Assembly (NCBI RefSeq): GCF_009914755.1
Contig: NC_060926.1
Length of the DNA: 64,000 nt
Direction: 5' to 3' (one strand)
Origin: the human T2T-CHM13v2.0 reference genome, Homo sapiens
Shown here: in pieces, positions 1 through 12,866 of the stretch
How positions within the stretch are numbered: the first letter of the stretch is position 1
Layout: the number at the start of each line of letters is the position of its first letter
Made by a program: the position numbers and the translations under genes
The notes under the pieces: model-generated
Seen by the model: the letters and a program-made list of their open reading frames with translations, nothing else
The model's database searches: none
Told to the model about the DNA's origin: nothing

Positions 1-1024
1 TCATTGACAAATGAGTGGATAAAGAAAATGTGTGATACGCATAAAATGAATGTTATTCAGCTTAAAAAAAAAAAGAAAATCTTGCTATTTACAACCACGT
101 GGATAAACCTGGAGGACATTAAGCTAAGGGAAATAAGCCAGACACCGAAAGAAAAATACTACATAATTTCATCTATATGAGGAATCTAAAATTGTCAAGC
201 TAATAAAAACAGAGTAAAATGGTGCTTGCCATTCTTCTGGGGAGAGGGGAAAATGGGTAAGTAATAGTGAAAGGGTACAAAGTTTCCACTGTACAAGATG
301 AATAAGTCCTAGAGATCTGCTGAAAAGAATTGTGTCTATTGTTAGAAATGTTGTGGTTTTTTTTTCTGCCTCATTTTATTTTATTTTATTTATTTTTATT
401 TTTTATTTTATTTTATTATTATTATACTTTAAGTTTTAGCGTACATGTGCACAATGTGCAGGTTAGTTACATATGTATACACGTGCCATGCTGGTGTGCT
501 GCAGCCATTAACTCATCATTTAGCATTAGTTTTATCTCCTAAAGGTATCCCTCCCCCCTCCCCCCACCCCACAACAGTCCCCAGCGTGTGATATTACCCT
601 TCCTGTGTCCATGTGTTCTCATTGTTCAGTTCCCACCTATGAGTGAGAATATGCGGTGTTTGGTTTTTTGTTCTTGCGATAGTTTACTGAGAATGATGAT
701 TTCCAATTTCATCCATGTCCCTACAAAGGACATGAACTCATCATTTTTTATGGCTGCATACAGCAATGTAGTGTTTTATACTTAAATATTTGCTGCGAGG
801 TTAGATCTTATGTTAAGTTTTCTTACCACAAGAAATAATCATAAATAAAGACGGTGAGAGAAAACTTTCAGAGGTGATGGATATATTTATGGCATAGATG
901 GTGGTGATAGTTTCATGGGTGTAAACTGATTTCCAAACTCATCTACTCGTACAATAAATACGTACCGATATTTGCATGTCAATCACACCTCAAAAAGTGA
1001 TTTAAAACTAAACAAATAAAAAAG
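1..1024 (+). mobile_element. Old L1MA-type LINE-1 3' end, split by a younger L1PA insertion at 357-760
   Basis: L1M 3' motifs (gagtggataaagaaaatgtg, ggataaacctggaggacatt, aagggtacaaagttt). The element resumes after 760 (gaggtgatggatatatttat...gtcaatcacacctcaaaaag) and ends in an A-rich tail. Confidence 0.8.
357..760 (-). mobile_element. 5'-truncated young L1PA (L1PA3-like) 3' end
   Basis: T-rich tail followed by attatactttaagtttta...gtacatgtgcacaatgtgcaggttagttac...ctcatcattttttatggctgcata, the reverse complement of the L1PA 3'UTR. Confidence 0.93.
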
Positions 1025-4000
1025 TTTATATAATGACAAAGATCTTTCTACCTTCTGATGGTTTATGTCTTTGATATTCTATGCATATGAACTCCCTACA
1101 GAATTTAGGACTTTGGAAATTGTTAATATTTTTTTTTTCTAGGAGTATAGGTCAAACACTAATTTTTTTTCCTTTGTTTTCCTATAAATGTTCAAGCCAG
1201 GTCAGAGCAAACATGTTGCTGAAATATCTTGCCCTTACAGCGAGGTTCCAACTCCATTCTGGACAACCTGTCTGTTCCTTGCTGACATCAAATTTTGCCC
1301 TTGAACAAGCAGAGGTTCCATTTTCCTTTCAGAGTAGATTAATAGGCATCTATTTTGTGTGGAACCTCCTTCCAATTTCCTCTCTGCTTGATTCTCTCTG
1401 TAAGGCTTTTCATTTTAATTAGGCTAGTCAATTACTCACACAAGAGAATATCTCACATATTTAAAGCCAGTAGAGTTTTTCATCCACTTTTTCAAATGTG
1501 GTCTTTTAACTCAGTTAAGAGCTTTTCAAAATCCTTCTTAATAAAAGCACAGATAAGGCATTTATTAAAACTTGAGATTCTCCACTTATTCCCATTATGT
1601 TTCAGGCAGGCTATTTCTTAGTCTCATAGTTAGTTATCTTCACAGCTCTCAACAGTTTTCTTTTCCATTTTCCTATTTACAATCTCTATTTTCCCTTTTG
1701 TTTATAAGGTAAAATCCCTGAATGATTCAAAGTGCGTTCCAAACAGTAATTGGAAATTGTGTTTGCTGCAAGAATTCATTAGGTTTAGTCCTTAGACCAT
1801 AAGTCCCAAATCGAAAGAATTTAAAATATAGTTCAGGACACTAAAGCACTCAATGACAGAAGAATTGTGACAATAATAAATTGTAAGTCAAGCCAAATCC
1901 TCAAGAGTACTGTGCAGTTGCTCTTTATAAACCTAGCTAATGATCAGCTTATTATTAACTGGATTCACATATTAATGTAGAATGTAAATATGAAAATCTT
2001 CTAAAGCACCCAAGACATTCCCTGGTATGGCTGGGTTGCCTCTGCTTTTGAAGGCAAAGTTTTACAAGTCTTTCAATTATCACAGTGGTGTGGCATTGAG
2101 TACAGCTAGGGAGAGGTCAATATAGGCTCCAGTCTCTTCACCATAATTGCCTTTTCTGTCTTAATGAGGTGGTGTTAATCATAGGCTAACTAATATATTT
2201 AGCCCCAGAGGCAATTTCTAGTTTGGGGTCCTCCCCTTTGTCATTCATAATCATATATACTAAAAGCAAAGAGAACATTTTAATATTCTCTTGATATTAA
2301 CACGGAGTTTGACTTAAGGAAGAAGAATTTTATCTTTTGGGAGGTAATGACTTTTCTGAGTGTGACCATAGTGGAGTAAAGATTCCTTGAGAAAATAAAA
2401 ATGGCGCACACTCTATATTACAAGCAATATGAATGCACATTGTTTGCATTCCCAGTTCAGTATTCTTTGAGATGCCATACAGCCTGGAGGTTGTGCATAA
2501 GGAAAGGAGGTTGAGATCAACCCAAGAGTTACTAACAAATTATTTCCACAAAATCAGGAAACAAAAATGCTCTTTGGAGTTACCAAAGGATCCTATGAAA
2601 TATATCAGCTCATGTGGCTTAGTTTTACCACTTATACTAATGTTCCTTCTCCTGTTCCTTAAATAGAAGCCACCTTCTCCAATTTTCTTCTAATCCCTTC
2701 AACAGTAAATAAACATGGTATTACATTGTGTATGTTTGCCAATTGCCAATAAATTCATTTACATATGATGAAATGTATAATGTATAAAGAAAGCAAGAAT
2801 GGGAATTTACAAAGCTGAGAACTACATACTTTCCCCAGAAGTGGTCAAACAATGGTGAAATGGATAGGGGCCAAAGAGATGCCTTTAGGGAATTATAGGT
2901 TTTGTATTCCTGGTTTCATGCCTATTTTTTTTTCTGGTTGAAATGTTGATACACTTACTTATCTATCCCTATAGTAAAATATCCTGTGATTAAATAAAAA
3001 GAGAGTTCTGGGAATCTAGAACAGACGAGTAAAAAAATGTGTGGGAGCATTTCAGAAGAAGGTTGCAACAAACCAGGTCATCTTATACATTTCACAAATG
3101 CTAGTTGCATTTTCAGATATCAGTTATGGGTCATGAAAACAAACAAACACAAAAACTATATATAGAATATTTTTTTTCTTGGTTATGTTTGCTTTTTCTT
3201 TTCTGTAACTTACAAAGTACACATTGACTTGTTTACTGATTAGAGCAAATACAGTTTCCACATCTTTAGCATACATCTTTGAAGACATGTATACATAAGG
3301 ATGGTTTGGTCTCATGCTCTGGTACAGATAGAAATATTTTCAATAAAGTTTTATTGTAGAAAATAATTGACAATTTGTATTTCTATCAGTTAATAATTGA
3401 TAAATTATGTGGTTGACTGTGACTATGTTACGTTACTAGAACAAAATCACGTTCATCAAGCAAAAAATTTGTGTTGAAACTGCTTGAAGTTTATATTTCT
3501 ATATTAGCAAAGGCAGATGAGTATGCCGTGATCCAGAAATAGATATTCCACTCATGCATCCAATCTCCCCCAGCCAGTCCAGGGCTTACCTAACCAACTG
3601 ATCAGCCACACTCACTTTGCCTTCCCCATTTCCCGCATATATTTTCATATATGCACAAAACAGAGTCTTCAATCTTCAGTCATTACAAACATCTTTCTTT
3701 TCTCCTCCTTCAGTTTCACCCTGCTCTGTGCTAAACTGAGTTCCCTGCTTAGTGGTAAAACTTTGCCACTCAGCCCTCAATCTCTGGTCTCTTTGTCTTC
3801 ACTTTTTCTTTAATAGTAGAATAATATTTGCTAAAAGCTCTCTGAAAAGGGCACTGAATCACACAACCAAGACCTTGGTAAAGGTTAAAGTGATGAATGT
3901 GAGGAATTTGCACCTCCTTAAAAGATAGAAACAAAATGTCATTACCATTCTGAAATAATTCCAACTTTCTAACTCATCAAATATCTCGTGACAGAGTGCT

Positions 4001-4509
4001 AAGTTATTTAAAAATTGTGCTAAGAATGTACTGGAAACACCAAGATTTAACCACATACATTCTTCCATATGTCATGTATATACAATGTTAACCCCTGAGA
4101 TAATTTGTCTTTGCAAGCAATTCTCTCTTCAAACTTAGAAAGTCTGCACAGACTGAAGAAATTATCATTATGCCCACAAAATGGACTGGATTCCTTATTT
4201 TTTCTTCTCTTCTCCTTAGGAGGCAAAGAATAAAAGATGAGAGGAATTTGTACTAACGTTGGTTAACTGTTGTTGAGCAGGTTAATAGGTACTGGATGCT
4301 GTCTTGAGCACTTTGTATGATTATCTTTTTTGATCACCAAAATGTTGACCTAATTTAAGTTATCATATAGGTCATTATATAAAGCTGAGTAATGCATTTT
4401 TTAATAATCAGTCCATTCTTCTAAATATTTTAAACAAGAATATGAGACAACAGAAGATTTAAGAAATGCCACATTTTTACTGGCAATGAGAATAATAATA
4501 ATAAATGCA

Positions 4510-4980
4510 TTTGCTCATAGTTTTATCTATTTTTTAAAAAATGTTAATTATCTACCTAAACCACGTTTCATGCATAGAACTTTGAACAAGACATACATGT
4601 TCTCTACCCTACTAAAGGTATTTTCTGGCTATAAAGAGGATACAGAGGTGGAACTAATTATGCTTGCTAAGAGGATAACACGTGAGATATGAAGATATAT
4701 GCAGGAAATGGGGAAGGCAATCCATTTAGGGGTCAGAGAAGGTTCACATCAGAAAGTGATATTTAAACAAAACACTAAAAGTTAGAAAAACATTTAGTGG
4801 AAGATGAGAATCCAAAAGTCCATGGACAAGAAAGAAAGTAGAAGGTGCTGAATGAAATTCCATTATGCAAGGACAAAGGCAAAGTATTGAGATAGAAATT
4901 TTAGACAGAGACAGGAACTAGAATTTGTAGGGATTCTCAAGCTATATTAAGGACTTTGAGTTTTATCCTAAGGTAATGAA
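4510..4980 (-). mobile_element. L2 LINE fragment
   Basis: Degenerate L2 motifs (gaacaagacatacatgttctctaccct, ggggtcagagaaggtt, aaggactttgagttttatcctaagg). Confidence 0.6.
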
Positions 4981-5414
4981 TACATCGAAACAACCCTGAT
5001 ATGGTAAAAAATATCATCAACTTATAGCCACAAAGCAGTTTCCAAAATGTTGACATAGATAGTCAGAGGAAGAATTCACTGGAAGAAATTTGGAAGGTGG
5101 AATTTTTACCCACATTCCAAAGCTCAGGCTCTGATCACTTATCCTCTCATGATCTCTGGCTGTGACCACACTCTTGATCAGAACTTCCTCTTTTGACCAT
5201 AATTTTAGAGTACAGAGACTCAGAAACTTGAATCAGTACCTATCTCTTATTTTAGGGTTTTCTATTTTTAATGCTTCTTTTTAGGTGAGAATAAGAGTTC
5301 TGTTTTCTTCAGTTTGAATACTTCAACCTTTGTTAAGTGAAAATCTCATAGCAGACAACTCCACTTCCAACACCAGTCATCATTCCTTTTTTATTTTATA
5401 ATGTTCTTTTTGTT

Positions 5415-5620
5415 TAGGGGTTGGAAAACTTTGTGTGTAAAGGACCAAATACTAAATATTTTAGACATTGTTGTCCATATAACGTTGATCATAACTACTC
5501 AACTCTGTCACAGTAGCAGAAGCAGCCATAGACAATATGCAAATGCATGGGTGTCACTAACAGAAAACTGTGTTTGCAAAAACAAGCCACTAAATTGGAC
5601 GAGTAGTTTGTCAAGTCCTG
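5415..5620 (-). mobile_element. MER58A hAT-Charlie DNA transposon (MITE)
   Basis: Terminal inverted repeat (TIR)-like ends taggggttggaaaact and tagtttgtcaagtcctg; internal aactactcaactctg and gcagccatagacaatatg. Confidence 0.8.
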
Positions 5621-6629
5621 CTCTTGACTAATTCACCTGTCCCCAGACTATGTAATGTGTCTCAATATGTTGCTCTTCTAAGTACCCGTCTGGGTGTTTT
5701 TCATATCAAGAGTACCGTATTTTGGACCTCATTGCTCCTCTACGACTTATCCCTGTGAAAGTAATAGCACCTGGCTAATGTTATAGTAGATTAATATTTG
5801 AGGACAGGATAAAGTCCTAGTTATTATTGAGTTTACTATGGGTTCACATCATTGACCATGATAAAGACTATATTTCTATCCAATCAGGGTTTTATGGCAG
5901 ACTCCCTACCTTGTGTCCCATTGTCTTTGGTTCTGATTTCAGTTTTCTATTCCAAATTTGGGTCTGAACTACAGTCCTCATAATTACTCAGTCTTCTGCA
6001 GTTTAATGTATTGCCTACGGCTGGATTGTCTAAATACTCCTCAATGCCTCTTTGAAAGGTCTTGACATTGCGTCCATGTTCAAACCTCCTTGAATCTGTG
6101 CTTTCAGTAGCTATCCTCCTTCTTTTCATTTTATATATTATATCACACTTCCATTAATGTTTGAAGTTCATCAGTAGCTCTGTATTCCTCATAGTGAAGA
6201 AAAGTAATAGTAGGGTTTAAACAGCGATTCAAATCCCTTTCATGAGAATGCCATTATACAGATCTTATTTTCTTTTTATTTTGAAATATGCAAAAAAATT
6301 GTTAAATTTTTATTTAATAATCTTTAAATAAAGATTATTATTCTTATTTGCCAATTCTTATTTGGATTTAACAATATATCTTACCGTATTATTTTGCTCA
6401 AAATTGCATTTATATCTCAGTGTTTCCTTTTTTTAAACAAAGTGTTTCTTTTAGTTGTTCTTTGGGCAAATATAATACAGGTATTTTATATATGTAGATT
6501 TCTGTATTTTGCCCTAAATTGGCAAATATTTTCCCTTGGAATTTTGAAGCTGTTCTTCTTTGTTTATTTTTTTTCTGTTTCCGTCTTTAATGTGTAATCT
6601 TAATCTAATTGCATTTGGATTAAACTCTA

Positions 6630-7345
6630 GCCTCTTGGAACTGCAGCAGATTCTATTGCACCCCTGCAAGTAGCTTCATGTGCTTCAGCGCCAGGCCACG
6701 GCACCTCAGAAAATTCCTCTGTTATACAGTGGACTACAGCCACACCCTCTCCAGTGAGATCTAAAAGCCAGACTCAGGGGTGAGGGTGGGGATAGAGGCT
6801 CTTCCAAATTTGATTCTTCCTTGAGTATTCTGTCATCCTTAAATGTAGTGTAGTCTCCTTATATTTGCTATTCCTAAATTATTTGAAGTACTCTTTTACT
6901 ATTCTATTTTTGATGATAGTTAACCTTTTTTTTATATATATATATACTAGTTAGCAACGTTTTATAGCAGGGGTCAGCAGTAATATGGCCAATAGACCAA
7001 ATCCTGCCTGCTCTCTCTTACCTGTTCTGCAAATAATAAGGTTTTACTGAAACACCCATATTATCCATGGCTGCTTTTATGCCACAAAGACAGAGCTGAT
7101 TGAGTAGAGAAAGAACACATATCTATGGCCTGCAAAGGTTAAAACATTTATTGTCTTACCCCTTACAGACAAAAGTTTGCCTACCCATTCTTTAAATAAT
7201 TTTTGTTGTTGTTGTTCAAACTAACAATGAGTAATTTCTGTCTCTGACTGATACCTTGGTAAAAGAAGTAGTTCTAGGAGACACAGTTTCAAAGATGAGT
7301 TTTTTTTTAAATTGTAAATCAGAAAACAATATGCCAATTACTAAC
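6630..7345 (+). mobile_element. Degenerate ERVL-class LTR plus start of internal region, interrupted by MER58A
   Basis: LTR-like 3' end tttctgtctctgactgatac followed by ttggtaaaagaagtagttctagga, which resembles the ERVL internal start. Family not resolved. Confidence 0.4.
6968..7188 (+). mobile_element. MER58A hAT-Charlie DNA transposon
   Basis: caggggtcagcagtaatatggcc...ccatggctgctttt...tggcctgcaaag...aaaagtttgcctaccc. Confidence 0.8.
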
Positions 7346-7354
7346 TGTGAGCAA

Positions 7355-7654
<300 letters not shown>

Positions 7655-8179
7655 AAAAGATGTGATTCTTATATTGGTTTGGTCACACCTTGGGCTTGCC
7701 ATGGAAATGACTTACTCATAATTCACAAAATATAGCCACAGTGAATCAAGCTACTCTCTCCAGGGATATGGTTCAGATGGTGCCAGCTGAGAGGAGTGAA
7801 TGATTAACCTTGTTGACAGCAAATTTTGCATACTTGAAAGGACTTTATAGTTGAAGTGTTCCATCCTCACTTTAAATCATTTGGATTTATTTTTTTATCA
7901 CCATCATAATAACCAAATTAAATCTGAAATATGATAATCTTATGAGGAGTTTTGTGATTATTGTGGAACAGTGTTTGTGGGGGAGGGACATCAGGAAAGA
8001 ACACAAATCCAACTAAATATATTACCTTATTATTTCCACATAGAGACAAGCTTGGTGATTTTTTATATATAATGTCCACTGTGAAGCTAGAGAAATGATG
8101 GCCTTTTAATACATAATATGCTTAACTTTCATGAGATTGACACCAATACACAGATTTCATGTATTGACACCGAGGTACT

Positions 8180-8310
8180 ATAATAGTTCATTTAATTACC
8201 ACAACCACCTTTGAAGCGGCTAGATTTTGTTCTCATTTTATATAACAAGAAAGTGAGAAGAATCATGTAACTAGCAACTGAGAGAGTCAGGACTAAATTC
8301 ATTGTTTTAT
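8180..8310 (-). mobile_element. MIR fragment
   Basis: tcatttaattaccacaaccacc...ctcattttatataacaagaaagtgaga, MIR core-like. Confidence 0.5.
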
Positions 8311-10308
8311 GATGCAAACAATGGAGCATTATTTCCCATACAATATTCTATGTTTCCTTTGACTGATTCCTTTATTGGCATGGCTTAATGAGTGATGCTA
8401 ATAAAGACTGCTCTGTAAATTCACTTTCCAAAATAAACACCTCCAGATTTTCTATAAAAATAAGCCATGTTAAAGGAAATAATGATTTCAGATCATGAGA
8501 ATATAGTAGATTCTTAAGACAAATAAACTTACTCTCAACTCAGTTCTCTAGTAAGCATTGAATGAGTTCCTCAGAATGCTCAACTTAATGTGAAGTTGTA
8601 AAAGATAAATACTACAGTATATGGTCCATGTTGTCAGGCAGTTTATGATCTGGTGATACTAACTTATATGTATTGCACACATATTCTGCCTTACAGATCT
8701 GTTAACACATCCTGAATATAGTGACCATTTCTCAACATCTCAGCAGCCAGTCCAGTGTCCTGAGCTAAAGAATGTTTGATGATGAAGATAATTTAGCATC
8801 TTAGAAACAAAGCTAAAGCTATGTGATTAAGTCAATGATAATACATTAAAAAGTTAAAATAACATTTTTCTAATAAGAAAGAGATTGTTATTATTTTTGA
8901 CCTCACCTTTTACATCTCAATCCTTTTGTTATTTAGTAAATTGTATTTTCAAAACAATTTCAGTAATATTTCCTGCAAAACAAAGTTTTCACTCCTGTCT
9001 CCAGGTGACTGAGTTTGTTGCACCCAGGTGCTGCAGAAGATAAAGTCCATTCGCAGAGGAGCTAGGCTTCCTTATGTATTTCTAATTAATAAACATAAAC
9101 CAGGAAAAATGTCTCCAGAAAAATATGCGTCAAATATGGATATTTGAAAAATAGTTTCTCAAGTAAATATGTCTGACACATAGTAAAAGTCCACAAGATA
9201 TGAAATGGATGAGTGAACTAAGTGTTACATTGATAAATAAAATATCCAAGCCAGATTTTGATTAAAAGATATTTTATTTCTATTTCAGTACATATGATAA
9301 TAGTTAATAGGGGCTGTATTTATTAATCTAAATATTTTCTGTCAAATAAAATGTAAGGGAACAACATAGTTGTTGAATGAAGAAGGAAAAAAAGCTCTCA
9401 ACACAGGGGTATGCTTGCATGCTTCTGATAATTAGAATAATCTGATAATTGACTTCTTTCTCCCTTCACAGGAGGGTGCCAATTAAAATAAACTACAATT
9501 GTGCTATTTGGTCTTTAGCATCAGAGCAGATGATGTTTGAGTTTATGGCCAGTTTTCTCAATGTGTTGTCCAATTAACCTCAATGGGAATGATTCACATC
9601 AAATCCCTGGGGTTCTCGATGAAAGGGAAAGTCAGCCAGGCTGCTACAGGGAAAACAACTTTTATATGTGCTCTAAAGCTCACTGGTGGGCCGTTCTAGT
9701 GAAAAACTTGTGCCAGTGGAAACGTTTTACTATTGAGGTAAAAGCCCCCCAGGGTTTCTTTGTATATCACTGAGGTAGAAGAGACTAACTATAAGTGACA
9801 CAAAGGGAAATTGGGCATATCAGTCTTAGTAGAATCTGACTCATTCCATCAAAGAGCTGAGAAAATGTGTACAATTCCACACGAACTAAAAGAAGTCATG
9901 AAGGATCAAATCAGGGAAATGTATAAGACTTCCTGAGAACGGATGTCTGAGATGAATTGTTCTATCAGATACTGGAGTAAATCATTTATTAAACTTAAAT
10001 ATCTGCTTAATTTCCTAATATATTTTAAATATTCAGAGTTAACTGCAATTATGTTTCAGTCATCAGGATTAGCTAATAAGTAATCAATAATATTAACCCC
10101 CCAAAGCTAACTACACTAGCTTTGCAGCAAAATAAAAAGAAAATAATCACGTACAATTTTTATAATAGTTTAATATTTATGAGGAATTAATCCATTGACA
10201 TCAAGGTGGGATGAGAAAATGTTCGGGTTCATACTAAGTTTGTTCACAGTAAGTTCTAGATTATTGAAACCCTTAAGATAATGGTGAACATCAGCCAATT
10301 ACTGAATG

Positions 10309-10533
10309 TTCATTCACTCAACAAATAATATTGAGAATGATTGTGAGCCATGTAGTATACTTGACATACTAATTATTGTGAGCCATGTACTAAACTGGGG
10401 ACAAAATGTTGACTGCCTTCAAGGAGTATTTACAAAATAGAGAAGAAAATGACAGATACATGGGCAATTAATACAAACAGAGATAAATATTTTGATGAGA
10501 CAAATAACAGGGTCTTGTCAGAACACAGGAGGG
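10309..10533 (-). mobile_element. L2 3' end (left part of an L2 that resumes at ~13112)
   Basis: cattcactcaacaaataatattgag, ctgccttcaaggag, gaacacaggaggg. Confidence 0.65.
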
Positions 10534-11399
10534 ACCAAGAAGAAAATAAAGAATTTGAATAACACAACTATATATATGTTTTAATAAATACATGGATAAC
10601 TCTGAATCCAAAGAAGCATAAACTACTCTTTACAATGAGACCTATAGAATTGGAAGGCATTGATGACATTAGGCCACAAAGAAAATATCCATCAATCTGT
10701 GAATGATATCATACACGTATATTGGCTTAATATGAAGAATAAATGAAATTTTTAAACTTGGCCAAACAACCCATATTTATTCCCATACACACTTGTATGT
10801 ATGTTTAAAGTTTGGTAATTTCTATGCATATCTGTGTACACTCATCTATATATGAAAAATAAGAGCCCTATGTATCAAATCCAAGAGAAAAATATCAAAG
10901 ATATTCTCAAAAGACAATTTCAAACCTAATATGTATTTTTTAAAGCTAAAGATAACAAGAGAGGAGTATAGAACATTAAATTCTTGCTTTCAACTTTAAA
11001 AAGTTATGAAAATATTGAAAATATTTATTTTTATAAACCAGATATTGATGACCAAAGTAAAGAACGAGAAAGGTTAATTTATAACATAAACACTGCTTCT
11101 AACCAACTTTAAAGTCTTAAAAAACAAATATTTGCTTTTCTTAATCTAGACACAAATATGGGAAATAAGAATGCTTAGAAGCTGACATTTAACTTTATGC
11201 AAAACAGAATTAGCAAAGGAAAACAAACAAAAACTATAAAATAATCTCATATATGATGAAAATTTCATTTATGATGTTCAATGTGAACATGAATACAAAT
11301 ACTCACATTTTAAAATATATCAAATAAGTGCAGTAATTTTAAAATAATTATACTTTTTGACCAACTAGAGCTAATTTCTTAGGTTTAAAAAAGTAATTA

Positions 11400-11521
11400 T
11401 TTTTTAAGAGATGGGTTCTCACTATGTTGCCCAGACTAGACTCAAACTCCTGGGTCTAGCAATCCTCTTGCCTCAGCCTCCCAAGCAGCTGGGACAACAG
11501 CTCTGTGCCACCACACCTAGC
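11400..11521 (-). mobile_element. FLAM_A-like free Alu monomer
   Basis: agagatgggttctcactatgttgcccagact...ctcctggg...gcctcagcctcccaagcagctggg. Confidence 0.8.
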
Positions 11522-11699
11522 TATGTATTTTTTAAAAAGGTTATTTAAAACAAAATGTTACTGTAATTCAACTCTATCAACCACACCTGGAATAAAAAAA
11601 TTTTCTTTCCTAAGGCACTTCCCTAATGCACTTCTACAAAAATTCGTAATGTCTCAGATCCAGTTAAAATATTTTCAACAATTGTTACTATTGATCAGC

Positions 11700-12212
11700 T
11701 ACTTTTGTATAGTGACGAATAAAAATTGTATTTATTTATGGTGTTCCAGATGATATTTTGCTATATCTGTCAAATCATTGTGAAATGGCTAAATCAAGCT
11801 ACTTTATACATACATTACCTCACATACTTTTTTTTTTGGTAGTGAGAAATTTAAAGTGTACTCAGTAATTTGCAAGCTTATAGTAGATTGTTGTTAACTA
11901 TAGTTATCATACTATACAATAGAATGCTTGAACTTATCTCTTCCATCTGAGATTTTGTATCCTTTGACTAACATCTTGCTAGACCAATCCCCTAGCTTCT
12001 GGAAACCACCATTTTGCTTCTGTGGGTTCAACTTTTTTGGATTCCATATATAAGTGATATTATGTGGTATTTGTCTTTGTGTTCCTGACATTTCTCTCAA
12101 CGTAGGTTTTCCACGTTTATTTATGTTGTCATCAGGAACAAGATTTCCTTCTTTTTTATGGCTGAAGGGTTTTCCATTGTGTGTATACAGTACATTTTCT
12201 TTTTTCATTGAC
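11700..12212 (-). mobile_element. L1MA (MA6-8-like) 3' end
   Basis: aaaattgtatttatttatggtg, gttaactatagttatcatactatacaataga, tttggattccatatataagtgatattatgtggtatttgtc. Confidence 0.85.
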
Positions 12213-12565
12213 CCAACATTTACCATGCTGAGAGAAGAAAGCAACTCCTCTGTTTAATGAATGGAATCCTCTAAAAACTTCAATACACATATATGAACTT
12301 TCAGAAGCATTCTCATTAAATTGGGAAAAACAGAAGGATGCCCTCTTTCACAGTGTCTACCCAGCATCATCTTCAGGATCTAGCCAATACAATAAATCGA
12401 AAGGAAAATTTATATATAGTTAATAAATAACCTAAACATATATTTTACAGAAAATATAATTTTTATTCCAAGAGTCAATGTACTCAGTTGCGGTAAAGCA
12501 AAGTTACAAGAATTCTATAAGGATCCAGGATCAAAACACAACAATTTTCACATACGTGTCAACTG

Positions 12566-12641
12566 TTAGGTTGGTGCAAAAGTAATTGTGGTTTTTGAAA
12601 GTAACTTGGCAAAAACGACAATGACTTTTGCACCAATCTAA
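12566..12641. mobile_element. MADE1 (Hsmar1-derived MITE), palindromic
   Basis: ttaggttggtgcaaaagtaattgtggttttt ... aaaaacgacaatgacttttgcaccaatctaa, followed by TA. Confidence 0.93.
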
Positions 12642-12762
12642 TACAATCAACAGTTGTGGGAAGAATTTTAACTTTTCACTCTATGTTTGTACTGTTTTAG
12701 TGTTTATGTGCATGTATGTTGTAGTTTATATGTAGGTATTACTCACGTAAAAAATTAGTTTG

Positions 12763-12866
12763 GTGCTTGCTTCAGCAGCATATATACTAAAATTGGAATA
12801 ATATAGAGATTAGCATGGCCCCTGTGCAAGGATGACATGCAAATTCATGAAGCGTTCCATATTTTT
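12763..12866 (+). pseudogene. RNU6: Full-length U6 snRNA retropseudogene (5' part of a chimera)
   Basis: Matches U6 from GTGCT to CCATATTTTT. By my alignment to recalled U6 there are 9 transitions (7 at CpG) and a 3-nt deletion. The ACAGAGA box is changed to ATAGAGA, and no external Pol III promoter is recognisable upstream. Confidence 0.97.

Larger units (their letters stand above)
10534..12760 (+). mobile_element. Very degenerate L1M (L1ME-like) with nested FLAM, L1MA and MADE1
   Basis: ORF2-like remnants (aagaatttgaataacacaac, taggccacaaagaaaat, gcattctcattaaattgggaaaaacagaaggatgccctct). Confidence 0.55.

Noticed and set aside
5415-7188. Two oppositely oriented MER58A copies as a composite transposon
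   Set aside because: Each has its own two ends, no shared outer TSD is seen, and one sits inside an LTR remnant. Independent insertions are simpler.
12763-12866. Functional U6 gene
   Set aside because: CpG decay, a mutated ACAGAGA box, a 3-nt deletion and no recognisable upstream Pol III promoter.
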